Below are positions 1-9,753 of a DNA stretch of 64,000 nt, piece by piece. Numbering within the stretch: position 1 is the first letter of the stretch; each line of letters starts with the position of its first letter. The translations under genes were made by a program, and so were the position numbers. Origin of the DNA: Candidatus Sungiibacteriota bacterium (GTDB lineage: Bacteria; Patescibacteriota; Minisyncoccia; Sungbacterales; HO2-52-23); assembly GCA_016180435.1 (NCBI GenBank), contig JACPBG010000004.1:134151-198150 (forward strand), in the 5' to 3' direction. Under the pieces are notes generated by a model. The model ran no database searches. It was given only the letters and a program-made list of their open reading frames with translations, and had not been told where the DNA came from.

Positions 1-88
1 GGCCGCGGTATCGTTTTTGGGTTCCCGCAATTCTTCCTATATAACAGGACAATGCCTGCATATCAATGGGGGAGTTTTCATGTTATGA
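1..88 (+). CDS. C-terminal end of an SDR-family (FabG-like) oxidoreductase; partial, not in the ORF track
   Basis: Frame from nt 2 reads AAVSFLGSRNSSYITGQCLHINGGVFML*, the typical SDR C-terminal motif. Its TGA overlaps the next ATG (ATGA, 85-88). Confidence 0.8.
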   Translation, partial: AAVSFLGSRNSSYITGQCLHINGGVFML

Positions 89-777
89 AGAAAAAAAATA
101 TAGACGCAATACTTTTGGCTGCCGGTAAAGGAGAAAGGGCCGGTGGGAATTATAAGCAGTTTGTGCACGTTCATCAAAAGCCATTAATTTTTTATTCTTT
201 GGAAAAGATTGTGAGAATATCTTGCTTACGGAATATTATAGTGGTAGTGCCTCTCCAAAAAATAAATTTTGCTAAAAAGATTATATATGAAAGATTTAAG
301 GATCCTCGGATTCATATAATTCCCGGGGGAGCCACTCGAAGGATATCTTCTTATATCGCTCTTTCATGCTCAGAAAAAAAAGGTAATACTGATTTCATAG
401 TTTTTCATGAAGCCGCGCGACCGCTTATCACCACTACGATGGTGTATTCTGTGATTAAAGAAGCAATGCGATGCGGAGCCGCCATTACTGGAATTCCGGC
501 CATTGATACGGTTGCGAAAGTTAAAGATATGTTTATAACGTCGATCCCGGATCGAAAAAAAATGTTTTATGTATATTTGCCCCAGTGTTTTAGGTTCTCG
601 TGGATTATCAAGGCGCATCGGGATAAAAAAAATAAAATTCTGGAATTGGAAAATGCTGAAAATACCGAACTGTTGGTGAATATGGGGAAAAGGATAAAAA
701 TCGTAAATTTTTATCCGAATTTTAAATTTACTTATTCACCCGACATAAAAGTTATATCCGCATTTTTTAAAAAATAA
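85..777 (+). CDS. IspD/TarI-family cytidylyltransferase (probably makes a CDP-alditol)
   Basis: Motifs ILLAAGKGER, KQF, GGATRRIS, HEAARP, PQCF. ATG at 85 is coupled to the upstream stop. Confidence 0.85.
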   Translation: MKKKNIDAILLAAGKGERAGGNYKQFVHVHQKPLIFYSLEKIVRISCLRNIIVVVPLQKINFAKKIIYERFKDPRIHIIPGGATRRISSYIALSCSEKKGNTDFIVFHEAARPLITTTMVYSVIKEAMRCGAAITGIPAIDTVAKVKDMFITSIPDRKKMFYVYLPQCFRFSWIIKAHRDKKNKILELENAENTELLVNMGKRIKIVNFYPNFKFTYSPDIKVISAFFKK

Positions 778-3042
778 ATGTTGCCCAGCGAATCTCTTAG
801 ACAAAAAAAATATGGGGAGAATCCAAATCCAAATGCAAAAGTCGGCTTCGTTATTTGTTATCCTTTTCAGTATTATGTTCAAAAAAATATCTATAAACAT
901 CTTAGGGATGAAGCGGAATTTATAATCGATGCCGGAGTTTATTTTCCCAATACTCAACCTCGGGCGTTAATTGACGATATTGTCGCGCTTCTTAGAAAAG
1001 AAAATGTATATTATCGGGTTCTTTACTATGATGATTATTTTTACAACCCAATTTTGGAAAGATTTTTTTTGAAATATAGAGTTCTGGTTTCTTTATGGGA
1101 ATGGGGATGCATGAAGTTTCGCTGCAATGATAATAAAAAAAGGATTCGCTTGGCTTATGGGGCTGGAAAAGAACTTACTCTGGTTCGTCCAACTGGAGCA
1201 AAATTTGACGTGTCCCTAGCGTATGGGAAACATGATGCGCGACTTCTTTCGCTTTTCTCTCATTGCGAAATCATTGGTAATCCAAAATTTGACGATTGGT
1301 TTAATGATAAGTGTGAAATACTACCGGACATTCAAAAAAGAGTAGATCCTAAAAAAAAGACGGTGCTTTATCTCCCGACTCATGGGGATTTATGTTCCAT
1401 TGATGAACTCCACCCGGAACTTAAAAAAATAGCCGGAACATATAATCTAATTGTTAAATTTCACTATCACACTATCCGTGACGAGCCAGAAAGAATTAAA
1501 AAAATGGAATCCGGTAGTATTATTCTTCTTAAAGATGACGTAGATTTACTGCCGCTGCTTAAACTTTCCGATGCTGTGATAAGCGACAATTCAAGCGCTA
1601 TATTTGATGCCATACTTGCTGATAAACCAATCGTGGTTACAGATTTTTTGGAAGATAAGTTTTTCACAGCAGAGCATCAAAAACTACGTTTAACAAGAAG
1701 AGGTATTACTGCTCCTCTTACTTTTCCGGGCAGTATTGAACAAGTAATAAAAAGAAAAAAACTCATACCAACGATTCAATCCCCCGGGGAATTAAAGGGA
1801 GTTATGTTGAACGCGCTTCAAGACAAGGATTTTTTCAAAAATGCGAGAAAAAAAATCAGGGAACATTTATTTGCGTATCGCGACGGTCAATGCGGTAGGC
1901 GCGGGGCAGAAGTAATCCAAAAAATTATGGATGGAAAATTATGTTTGCCTAAAAAAATTTTTTACTATATGTTGCCTCCGCCTACTCAGCTTGTAGAAAA
2001 TTTTTATAACGAATCTAAAAAAACCCGCGTACAGAATCACATTAAAATACATTTTCAATCCAAAGAAGAAGAAAAAAGGAATTTACTGCAATCCAATGTT
2101 AAAATTATAGACGGGATCATTTTTAGTATTATTTTGCCTTTATATGGTACAGCAAACCTTATACAAGCATCTATCAGATCGCTTTTGGCTCTTCGATTTC
2201 CTGCGCATAAATTTGAAATAATACTTATTAATTGTGGCGCCGGCAATATATCACTACCCGAGAATCATGCGGGAATAAAGGTAATTTTTTCCAAAGATAC
2301 AGCCGATACGATTTCTCAGGCCATAAAAATCGGTTTGTCGTATGCGACTGGAATTTATATTTGTTTGGGTCAGCCGCACTATTTTTATCATAGCGATTGG
2401 TTAAGGCATTTGTTTCGGGCCTATCAGGAGAATTTTTCTGTTGCCGGAGTGGGGGGATATGAGGCAGCTTCGAAAGAGTTGAAAAACTCATTTTCTGCGT
2501 ATTACGAAATGGAACTTAAGAGAAAAATGAACCTTCAGCGGGATCCCGTAGATTTTCCCACTAGGTTTTATCATGTAAAAAATAAACTTTTTTATCAAAA
2601 TCCGGCCGGAGTGCTTTCCAATATATCTTATCGGAGAGACATAATGTGTCAGTTTGACTTCTTAGCATTTTCTGCCACCCCGGAAGTCATGGAATTTGAA
2701 TTGAAACAAGCAGTATTAATGACCGGACGGCATCTTTATTTTAATGCGTTTCCGTGTTTTAGTTTGGAACGAATTGGTATCAAAAAATTTTTGCACAAAA
2801 ATTTTTGTGAAGGTATCGCGTTTTATACTATATTTTCAAGAGACCCATTTCTAAAACCCCATTACAAATATACTCCGTTTACTCTTTTTCGCATTTCATT
2901 AAATAATTTTTTTGACAGGCCGTTAGAGGTTAAACTTTTGGCTACAACTATTTTAGGAACTTTTGTAAGAATTTTTGGAACGTGTTATGCCGCGATTTTT
3001 TCATTTTCAGTGTTTATATTAAAGTTGCGCCGCGTGTCTTAG
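778..3042 (+). CDS. TagF/TagB-like CDP-glycerol/ribitol phosphotransferase fused to a GT2-like domain
   Basis: Motifs IGNPKFD, VLYLPTH, IVKFH, SDAVISDNSSAIFD..L.DKPIV, then FSIILPLYG...FEIILIN (GT2-like start) and a hydrophobic C-terminus. Confidence 0.75.
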   Translation: MLPSESLRQKKYGENPNPNAKVGFVICYPFQYYVQKNIYKHLRDEAEFIIDAGVYFPNTQPRALIDDIVALLRKENVYYRVLYYDDYFYNPILERFFLKYRVLVSLWEWGCMKFRCNDNKKRIRLAYGAGKELTLVRPTGAKFDVSLAYGKHDARLLSLFSHCEIIGNPKFDDWFNDKCEILPDIQKRVDPKKKTVLYLPTHGDLCSIDELHPELKKIAGTYNLIVKFHYHTIRDEPERIKKMESGSIILLKDDVDLLPLLKLSDAVISDNSSAIFDAILADKPIVVTDFLEDKFFTAEHQKLRLTRRGITAPLTFPGSIEQVIKRKKLIPTIQSPGELKGVMLNALQDKDFFKNARKKIREHLFAYRDGQCGRRGAEVIQKIMDGKLCLPKKIFYYMLPPPTQLVENFYNESKKTRVQNHIKIHFQSKEEEKRNLLQSNVKIIDGIIFSIILPLYGTANLIQASIRSLLALRFPAHKFEIILINCGAGNISLPENHAGIKVIFSKDTADTISQAIKIGLSYATGIYICLGQPHYFYHSDWLRHLFRAYQENFSVAGVGGYEAASKELKNSFSAYYEMELKRKMNLQRDPVDFPTRFYHVKNKLFYQNPAGVLSNISYRRDIMCQFDFLAFSATPEVMEFELKQAVLMTGRHLYFNAFPCFSLERIGIKKFLHKNFCEGIAFYTIFSRDPFLKPHYKYTPFTLFRISLNNFFDRPLEVKLLATTILGTFVRIFGTCYAAIFSFSVFILKLRRVS

Positions 3043-3131
3043 TGGCTGTTTTTATAGCAGAAAGGCGTGATATTCCGGTTGTGGACAAAACCTCTTTATC
3101 TATTTTTGGTTTATTGATATAGTTGTTTTGT

Positions 3132-3218
3132 GGTAAAAAACACCTGACAATTAACGATTTGGCCGTAATGGTTAAAAGGGGCTTTGACGGCGTGGATAAG
3201 CGTTTTGAACAGGTTTAG
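3132..3218 (+). pseudogene. Remnant of a short coiled-coil protein
   Basis: Frame reads KKHLTINDLAVMVKRGFDGVDKRFEQV*, with no in-frame start before the motif and an early stop. Confidence 0.4.
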
Positions 3219-3229
3219 GATCATAATTT

Positions 3230-3490
3230 ATGACTCTAGAAAACAAAAAACGATATTTGGGACTGCTTGCCGCCTTTTTAGGAATTGGTTTGTTAAAGTT
3301 ATATTCGCCGACTGTGGATACGCCGCTTTCTTCCGATGGCGTTTCTGCCGAAAATTGTTCATTCAAGGTTGCTGAGAACGTAAAGAATCAGAACGGATGC
3401 GATATTTTTAACCAAACCGACGTGGATATTATGATGCAGCAAGATAATGGCGGCGAAGTGCTTTTCGCCGGTTGCGGAGGATTTTTTTAG
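3230..3490 (+). CDS. Small membrane-anchored or secreted protein ending LFAGCGGFF
   Basis: 86 aa with an N-terminal hydrophobic helix. A second copy of the C-terminal tail lies at 4536-4574. Confidence 0.65.
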   Translation: MTLENKKRYLGLLAAFLGIGLLKLYSPTVDTPLSSDGVSAENCSFKVAENVKNQNGCDIFNQTDVDIMMQQDNGGEVLFAGCGGFF

Positions 3491-3600
3491 TCCGCAACGC
3501 GCATCGGATGTTCTCGAAAAGCTAAGTTTCCCATGGAAAACTTAGCTTTTTAGGTACGCGGCTGATTGGTTTTTATATTTTTTTGTGTTACCATGTCCGT

Positions 3601-3864
3601 ATGACTCCCCAGAGTTTTATAAAAAAAAGGCCATATCTGGTGTGGCATACCAGAAATTTTGACCACCTTTCTGAATCAGCAATTATAGAGGCGGTTTTAA
3701 ATTACGGCGACTTTGACGATGTTAAAAAACTGATTGCGATTTTGGGTATTAAAAAAGCCGCGGCAATTTTCCAAAAGCGCGCGTGGCAAAGAAGAAGCAA
3801 TTATCGTCCGGAAATAAGAAATTATTTTAAGCTTTACTTCAAAAAATATGCCCCGCATGCATAA
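3601..3864 (+). CDS. Small putative antitoxin partner of the AbiEii-type nucleotidyltransferase
   Basis: Motifs LVW, IIEAVLNYGDFDDV, RSNY. Overlaps the start of the downstream NTase gene. Confidence 0.7.
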   Translation: MTPQSFIKKRPYLVWHTRNFDHLSESAIIEAVLNYGDFDDVKKLIAILGIKKAAAIFQKRAWQRRSNYRPEIRNYFKLYFKKYAPHA

Positions 3865-4473
3865 GGAGATTTTAACTAAAGAGCAGGTTGAATTGTTGCC
3901 CTTACTCCAGAAATTTTCTAAAAATTTCTTTTTGGTGGGTGGCACGGCCATGGCTTTGCATATCGGACACAGACGGTCGGTTGATTTTGACCTTTTTTCT
4001 CACGAGGCATTTAGCATTGCCGGCATAAAAAGAAAAATTTTATAGGCGAACAGAATTGAAACAATTTTGGTAAATAAATCGGGGGAATTTACTATAACCA
4101 TCCAAGGCGTGCGAATGACCTTTTTTACTATCCGTTTCGTACTGTTACACCCAGGACTGTTTTTAACGATATTATAAAGATGCCGGATATTTTGACTTTG
4201 GCCGCCATGAAAGCGCACGCCCTGGGCCAGAGAGCCAAATGGAAGGACTATGTGGATCTTTATTTTGTGATGAAGAAATATCATGGACTGGATGAAGTTG
4301 TAAAAAGGGCGAAACGTCTTTTCGCCTCCGAATTCAATGAAAAAATATTCCGCGTTCAGCTGGCCTATTTTAAAGACATTGATTACACCGAAAAAATTAT
4401 TTATTTGAGGGGCTTTGAAACCAAAGACGAAGTTATCAAGAAGGGGCTAATTGAATTCAGTTTACATTTATAG
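3857..4473 (+). pseudogene. AbiEii/AbiGii-family nucleotidyltransferase toxin, disrupted
   Basis: Motifs LVGGTAMALHIGHRRSVDFDLF and AAMKAHALGQRAKWKDYVDLYF. In-frame TAG at 4043-4045 plus a 1-nt loss in the T run at 4121-4126. Confidence 0.8.
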
Positions 4474-4714
4474 AGTACCCGATTCGCCTTGTGTCGGGCG
4501 CGAATATTTATCCAGCATTAAGAATTTAACGGGGCGAAGACGCGCTTTTTTCCGGATGCGGGGGATTTTTTTAGTCCGCAACGCACACGTAACTGTTTTT
4601 AAAGAAACCGGGTTTCCGTTGCGGAAACTCGGTTTCTGGTTGGGGCGCTTGACGAGACGCCATTTTTTTATTATCAATGAATAAAGGATCCTTTAAAATT
4701 TGGGGGTAAATTTG

Positions 4715-6310
4715 ATGAAAGGCGCAGAATTGATCGTAAAAACTCTTGAACGATATAGTGTATCGCATATTTTTGGCTTACCTGGAGATGCAACTTCTTT
4801 TTTTCGTGCGTTGACGAAAAGTCCAATTCAATTTATTACCATGAGAAATGAGCAGGGTGTGGGGTATGCAATAAATGGCTATGCGCGCGTAGCGAAGAAG
4901 CCCGGTGTTGCATATGTATCGCGTGGAGCCGGAGGAACAAATGTTTTAACCGGCATTGCTTGTGCATATTTAGAAGGAACTCCCGCTATCTTTATTACTG
5001 ATCAGGTAAGTCGCAAAGAAAGCATTTATCCTGATTCCTATATGTTCATAAATCTTGAAGATATATATAGACCCGTTTCAAAAGGCGTTGATGTGGTTTG
5101 GCGCGCTCAAGATATACCAGATATTATGTCTAGAGCTTGGGCGGATGCAAAAAGAAAAACTCCGGGTCCGCGCTGTATAATAGTACCGCAAGATGTATTC
5201 AATGAAGACACTGATCCGATTTATTTGGATCCGGTGGTATCTGAAGATGTGGAAATAGATTCCTTGGGGGCGGTGGAGCGGTTGCAGTATCATCTTGAGA
5301 AGAGCGGGTATCCGATTTTAATTTTCGGGCCTGGCATTAAAGAGTTTGTGAGGTCAGAAGAGCTGAAATCCTTTTTGGACCGTATTTCTGTGCCGTTTTT
5401 TACCACTCGTCATGCCAAGGGAATTATTTATGAAACCCACCCACTTCATTATGGCGTGGCTAGAAACGATATTCTTTCTGCTCTATCCCCTCAAATTGAT
5501 TTGGTAATCACTTTAGGGTACAACATAAGCGATAAAGACGATGAATATTCTTGGTGGTTGGATCGGACTAAAATTGAGCACATAGATATTTCAGATTCCC
5601 CCCCGATTGAGACCCTGTGTTTCCAGCCTGCGGAAAAATTTCGTGTGGATTGGAAAGATTTTTTTCAGCTTGCTCAGGAAAAACTGCCAGTTCGTTCACA
5701 TCCAACATTATTTAGGTTGTCGTCGCAGGAATGGCAAGAACGCTGCCGTAGAATGACTTTGGACAGATTTGGCGATTTTCTGCTCGGCGATGTTTTAAAC
5801 CAAAATAATTTAGGTGCTATTCTCACTTCAGACGATATAATAACGGTGGAAACGGGCCTTACCCGGCGTTATATACTCACGGTTTTTAAATCGTGCGGAC
5901 CGCACATAATTGGATCCGGAACCCTAAGTGCACTGGGATTTTCTGTCCCAGCTGCAATCGGCGCATCGATTGCCGATCCCAATGCAAGGGTTGTGGTAAT
6001 TTGCGGGGACGGGGCGCTCCTTATGAACGTTTCTGAACTTGCAACCATTCGCCGCTTAAAATTGCCGGTAAAGATTATTGTGGTAGCTGACGGATCATAT
6101 GGTTACATGAAATATCTTCAGTATGAAGCATTTGGTAGTTGTGTCGGAGTTGATTTCACTAATCCCGATTTTGAATTGCTGGCTCGTGCGTTCGGATTCG
6201 AGTATTTAGGCGTCCACCAGGAAACAGAGCTGGAATTAGTTCGTTCGCTAATCGAAGATCGGAATAATCCGGCGCTCATTGTGCTCTATCAAAAATATCA
6301 ATATAAGTAA
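4715..6310 (+). CDS. Thiamine-pyrophosphate-dependent enzyme (acetolactate synthase large-subunit-like)
   Basis: Motifs IFGLPG, RNEQG..YA..GYAR, GFSVPAAIGA and the TPP-binding GDGALLMN. Confidence 0.85.
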   Translation: MKGAELIVKTLERYSVSHIFGLPGDATSFFRALTKSPIQFITMRNEQGVGYAINGYARVAKKPGVAYVSRGAGGTNVLTGIACAYLEGTPAIFITDQVSRKESIYPDSYMFINLEDIYRPVSKGVDVVWRAQDIPDIMSRAWADAKRKTPGPRCIIVPQDVFNEDTDPIYLDPVVSEDVEIDSLGAVERLQYHLEKSGYPILIFGPGIKEFVRSEELKSFLDRISVPFFTTRHAKGIIYETHPLHYGVARNDILSALSPQIDLVITLGYNISDKDDEYSWWLDRTKIEHIDISDSPPIETLCFQPAEKFRVDWKDFFQLAQEKLPVRSHPTLFRLSSQEWQERCRRMTLDRFGDFLLGDVLNQNNLGAILTSDDIITVETGLTRRYILTVFKSCGPHIIGSGTLSALGFSVPAAIGASIADPNARVVVICGDGALLMNVSELATIRRLKLPVKIIVVADGSYGYMKYLQYEAFGSCVGVDFTNPDFELLARAFGFEYLGVHQETELELVRSLIEDRNNPALIVLYQKYQYK

Positions 6311-6391
6311 TTAGAGATATTAAACAACGCACTTATTCCGGTGCGTTTTTATATTCCTTGCATAAAATGAAAAATAAATTATAATATGTAT

Positions 6392-7666
6392 ATGTCAATC
6401 AGTTTAAATTCACAGACAAAAAAGGCGTTAGTAGAAATTCTAAAATTTTCTTTAGAAAATCCTTATAGCGATTTTTATCGCCGAAAATATGCTCCACTAA
6501 AATTAAAGCATATTAACGAAGATAATATTGGAAATATTTTTGTATCTCTGCCGCTACTTACGAAGGATGATCTTTTGGCCTCACCTCCATTTGATCGCAT
6601 CTTTACAAAGATTCATTCTCCATATGTGATATCTAGCACTTCGGGTACAACCGGAAAGGGACCTGTGATCATATTTATAAATACACCAAGTGAAACAGCT
6701 GAAGGGCAATTGACTTGGGGAAAAATTAATGCCCAATGCGGATTATTTTTATTTCCACCCGGTGTGCAATGGCAATTGTTAACGACTATGATCCGCGCAT
6801 TCCCGGTTTATATCGGAAATCCGTATCAAATGAAAGAAACCGCCGAGATCGCATCACGAATAAAAATTGATACAATTGCTACAACTCCGACGGCATTGCA
6901 GCATTTTTTAATTTTTTTAGAACCAGCTTACGATATTTCAAAAATTAAGCACATTTTATTTAGGGGTGAGCCCTTGAGTAAAGCCCAGCAAACTTTTTTT
7001 AGAAATAAATTCCCCAATGCGATATTTAATTTGCTTTACGGGATGAGAGAAGCTGGACAGATTGGGGTTCAGTGCGATGTTTTGTCTATGCGTGAAGAAC
7101 CAATCTATCACCTTCGTTCAGATAAATTTTTTATAGAGATCTTGCCGGCTGAAAATGAGGAGGCGGGAGAATTAGTTCTAACCCACTTGCGAAAAGATCC
7201 TACGCTCCTGATACGCTATAGAACCGGGGATCTTGGTTGGTTTCTTCGGGATGAGAAATGTTCGTGCGAATTAAATTTTCCGCTATTTAAACTTTTTGGC
7301 AGAAATAGGCGAGAAACAATACATGCAGGCGGAGTTGTATTTGAAGCGGAAACTTTCAACGTCATTTTGAAAGACTTTTTGGAAAACATTCAAAATAATT
7401 TTGAAGCTCATTTCTATCAACGTTTAATCCAGGACAAAATTCAGTACGACATAGTTGTGCGGGTAATACCTAAGGGATCCGTTAATGAAATGTTAAAAAT
7501 CCGGCTGGAAGAATCCTTAAATAATCGTCTCCGTATATCAAATAGATTTTCTTTTTCCGAGCTTATACGTCAAGACCTATTTTCGCCAATTAAAGTTGAA
7601 TTTGCCGATCCTGATACCCAAATCTATAAAATGCCATTGTTATATAAATTGGTTTCGCATTTTTAA
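6392..7666 (+). CDS. Phenylacetate-CoA ligase (PaaK)-like adenylate-forming enzyme 1
   Basis: Motifs LPLLTKDDL, STSGTTG, RGEPL, YGMREAG, GELVLT, IRYRTGD, C.C, GR. Confidence 0.8.
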   Translation: MSISLNSQTKKALVEILKFSLENPYSDFYRRKYAPLKLKHINEDNIGNIFVSLPLLTKDDLLASPPFDRIFTKIHSPYVISSTSGTTGKGPVIIFINTPSETAEGQLTWGKINAQCGLFLFPPGVQWQLLTTMIRAFPVYIGNPYQMKETAEIASRIKIDTIATTPTALQHFLIFLEPAYDISKIKHILFRGEPLSKAQQTFFRNKFPNAIFNLLYGMREAGQIGVQCDVLSMREEPIYHLRSDKFFIEILPAENEEAGELVLTHLRKDPTLLIRYRTGDLGWFLRDEKCSCELNFPLFKLFGRNRRETIHAGGVVFEAETFNVILKDFLENIQNNFEAHFYQRLIQDKIQYDIVVRVIPKGSVNEMLKIRLEESLNNRLRISNRFSFSELIRQDLFSPIKVEFADPDTQIYKMPLLYKLVSHF

Positions 7667-7667
7667 G

Positions 7668-9020
7668 ATGCTTCACTCAAAAATCAAGCCTCAAGATTTT
7701 AGAAAATTGCTGCGTTTTGTTTGGCGAAGCCCCAGATCCGACTTTTACCGCAATCTGTATAAAAAGGCGGGCTTCAACCCCGTTTTAGATTTTACATCCC
7801 CGGCGGATTTGACTAAAGTCCCATTTTTAACCAGAAGCGATCTGGGATCGGTCAAGCCCAAAAAAAGGCTTTATGTCCCATTGAAAGATGTGGATTATAT
7901 AAAAGTTTCTAGCGGATTTAGTGGAGAAAAAAAAGATCTGTTGGTAACATACTGCTGTCATTATCGTTCAAAACCATTAAATAAGGATTTAGCGATTGAT
8001 TCCATTCCCCCGCATCTTAAAAAAATTTTTTATTTGCGCCGAGCGGAACACGTGCCCATATTTTTTTCGAGAGCAAGAGATCTGGGAAGACTGGCGATTT
8101 TCGGCAATCGCTCTGATCCGGAGTGGTCGGCAAAAGTTTTATCCGAGGTAGAGGCCCAAGCGCTTTTGGCCGTACCGACGGAGGCGGTTTTATTTGCCAA
8201 TTACATTAAAAAATATTACGACCCGCGAAAAATCAAATTAGTTATAGTTTACGGAGAACCCGTAACCAGAATGCAGCATCGAGAATTATTGCGTCTGTAT
8301 CCCGAAGCAAGCGTCCGCTCGCTGTACGGCATGGCGGTGTTTAACAGGCCGGTTGGGATACAATGCGATCATTTGGCAAAAATAGCGCCCAATCTTTATC
8401 ACTCGGTCCCGGGATATTTTTATGAGACAAAGGTGGTCGGAAAAAATGGTTTTTTAAGAAAGGAGCTCGTCTTAACAGATTTTGAGAAAGCCGCTACGCC
8501 ATTTATTCGTTACCGGACAGGTGATGCCGCAAAATTCATAAACAGCAATTATAAATGCCGTTGTGGAAAAATTGGGTTAATTTTTGTTTTCTTGGGCAGA
8601 GTTGTGATGGATGCCATTCAATGTACAAATCAGTTTATGATACGGGCGCGAGACGTGCAATACACACTTTCCAAAAATAAAATTCAATATAGGGGATTTC
8701 GTTTGGAAGTAGATGAAAAAAAATACGGACATAGCCCGCGTTCCATACTAAAGTTAATGCTTTTTGTAAAAATATATCCGTCACGAGTTCTTCAGATCAA
8801 TATTTATAAAATATTGAAAAAATCCCTTTATTTTAATGTGAGATATAAGCTTAGCGATGGTTCGCCGAGACTTGCAGATCTTCTACGCAGACGTGAAATT
8901 TTAAATTTTCAGATTAATTTCAAAAAAATATCGGATAAAGAAAATCCACAGTGTGAATTAGTTGACATGCGCGTTTATCACGCCCTGCCGCGCAACTTTT
9001 TGTCCAAATTGACAAAATAA
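7668..9020 (+). CDS. PaaK-like adenylate-forming enzyme 2
   Basis: Motifs VPFLTRSDL, SSGFSG, YGEP, YGM, ELVLTD, PFIRYRTGD, CRCG, GR. Confidence 0.75.
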   Translation: MLHSKIKPQDFRKLLRFVWRSPRSDFYRNLYKKAGFNPVLDFTSPADLTKVPFLTRSDLGSVKPKKRLYVPLKDVDYIKVSSGFSGEKKDLLVTYCCHYRSKPLNKDLAIDSIPPHLKKIFYLRRAEHVPIFFSRARDLGRLAIFGNRSDPEWSAKVLSEVEAQALLAVPTEAVLFANYIKKYYDPRKIKLVIVYGEPVTRMQHRELLRLYPEASVRSLYGMAVFNRPVGIQCDHLAKIAPNLYHSVPGYFYETKVVGKNGFLRKELVLTDFEKAATPFIRYRTGDAAKFINSNYKCRCGKIGLIFVFLGRVVMDAIQCTNQFMIRARDVQYTLSKNKIQYRGFRLEVDEKKYGHSPRSILKLMLFVKIYPSRVLQINIYKILKKSLYFNVRYKLSDGSPRLADLLRRREILNFQINFKKISDKENPQCELVDMRVYHALPRNFLSKLTK

Positions 9021-9037
9021 ACTATTTAATATATAAT
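9009..9037 (+). promoter_or_regulatory. Consensus sigma70 promoter
   Basis: TTGACA (9009-14), 17-nt spacer, TATAAT (9032-37). The next gene has an AAGGAGG ribosome-binding site. Confidence 0.75.
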
Positions 9038-9087
9038 GTTTAATATTGGTCTTTCCCAACCAATAAATAAAATCTTAAGGAGGTTAT

Positions 9088-9702
9088 ATGAAGGGAAAAA
9101 GCGTTTTTTGGTGGGCTGTGTTGTTAGTGTGTTTATTCGTTGGGGTCGCTTCGGCCCAGGTCGACGCGCCCCAGTATAAAGAGGGTGATGCGTGGAAGAT
9201 AAAGTATAAAAGGGGGGGGGCGATTTCGAAGTCGAACGTGCTTCTTTCCGGAATTTATGATGTGGTTTATCGCAATGGCGAGTTTGTATGGTGTCCATCG
9301 CAGGACGACAAATCGATCGATAACAAACTGTGTGCTGATCCATGGACGGGATTGCTGGCCGAAGCGCTTTTTTTCGTGGGGGATTATGGTAAAGATAATC
9401 CACCTTTTTTTAGTTTTCCGATTAAGGTTGGTGATAAGCCCAGGGGTTATGAATATTTTAACCCAAATGCCGGGCGTAGTGGCATGAATTCAAACGGCAC
9501 CATCGCCGTTACGGATGTCAGCACCAAAACAAAAGCGGGTGAGTACAACGCGTATAAACACTCATTAAGTGAGAGCGGGGGTCGCACGATCCGGACATAT
9601 TACTATGTGTCAGAGTGTAAATGTGTATTGGAGTTTTCGGCTGAACTTGGGAGCGGAACAACTTACTCCGGGGAAGTTCTAGATTTTAAAGTCGCAAAGT
9701 AA
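9088..9702 (+). CDS. Secreted hypothetical protein
   Basis: Signal peptide ending ASA-Q, strong RBS, beta-rich body. Confidence 0.75.
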   Translation: MKGKSVFWWAVLLVCLFVGVASAQVDAPQYKEGDAWKIKYKRGGAISKSNVLLSGIYDVVYRNGEFVWCPSQDDKSIDNKLCADPWTGLLAEALFFVGDYGKDNPPFFSFPIKVGDKPRGYEYFNPNAGRSGMNSNGTIAVTDVSTKTKAGEYNAYKHSLSESGGRTIRTYYYVSECKCVLEFSAELGSGTTYSGEVLDFKVAK

Positions 9703-9753
9703 AACCCCGAACAAACAAAAGGATGGATATCATAAGGCATCGCTCGCGGTGCC

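Noticed and set aside
52-84. ORF-track N-terminal extension of the IspD-like gene (similar extensions for rpsA, ftsE, gyrA)
   Set aside because: These overlap upstream genes or repeat elements; downstream ATGs fit the family starts better.
2920-2927. CCGTTAGA as the missing left end for the 4530-4534 right end
   Set aside because: It lacks the CCCCG terminus and TTYA flank and lies within an intact gene; probably chance.
4043-4045. In-frame TAG as evidence of stop-codon recoding
   Set aside because: The same gene also has a frameshift, and TAG ends genes such as rpmG, ftsE and ftsX normally.
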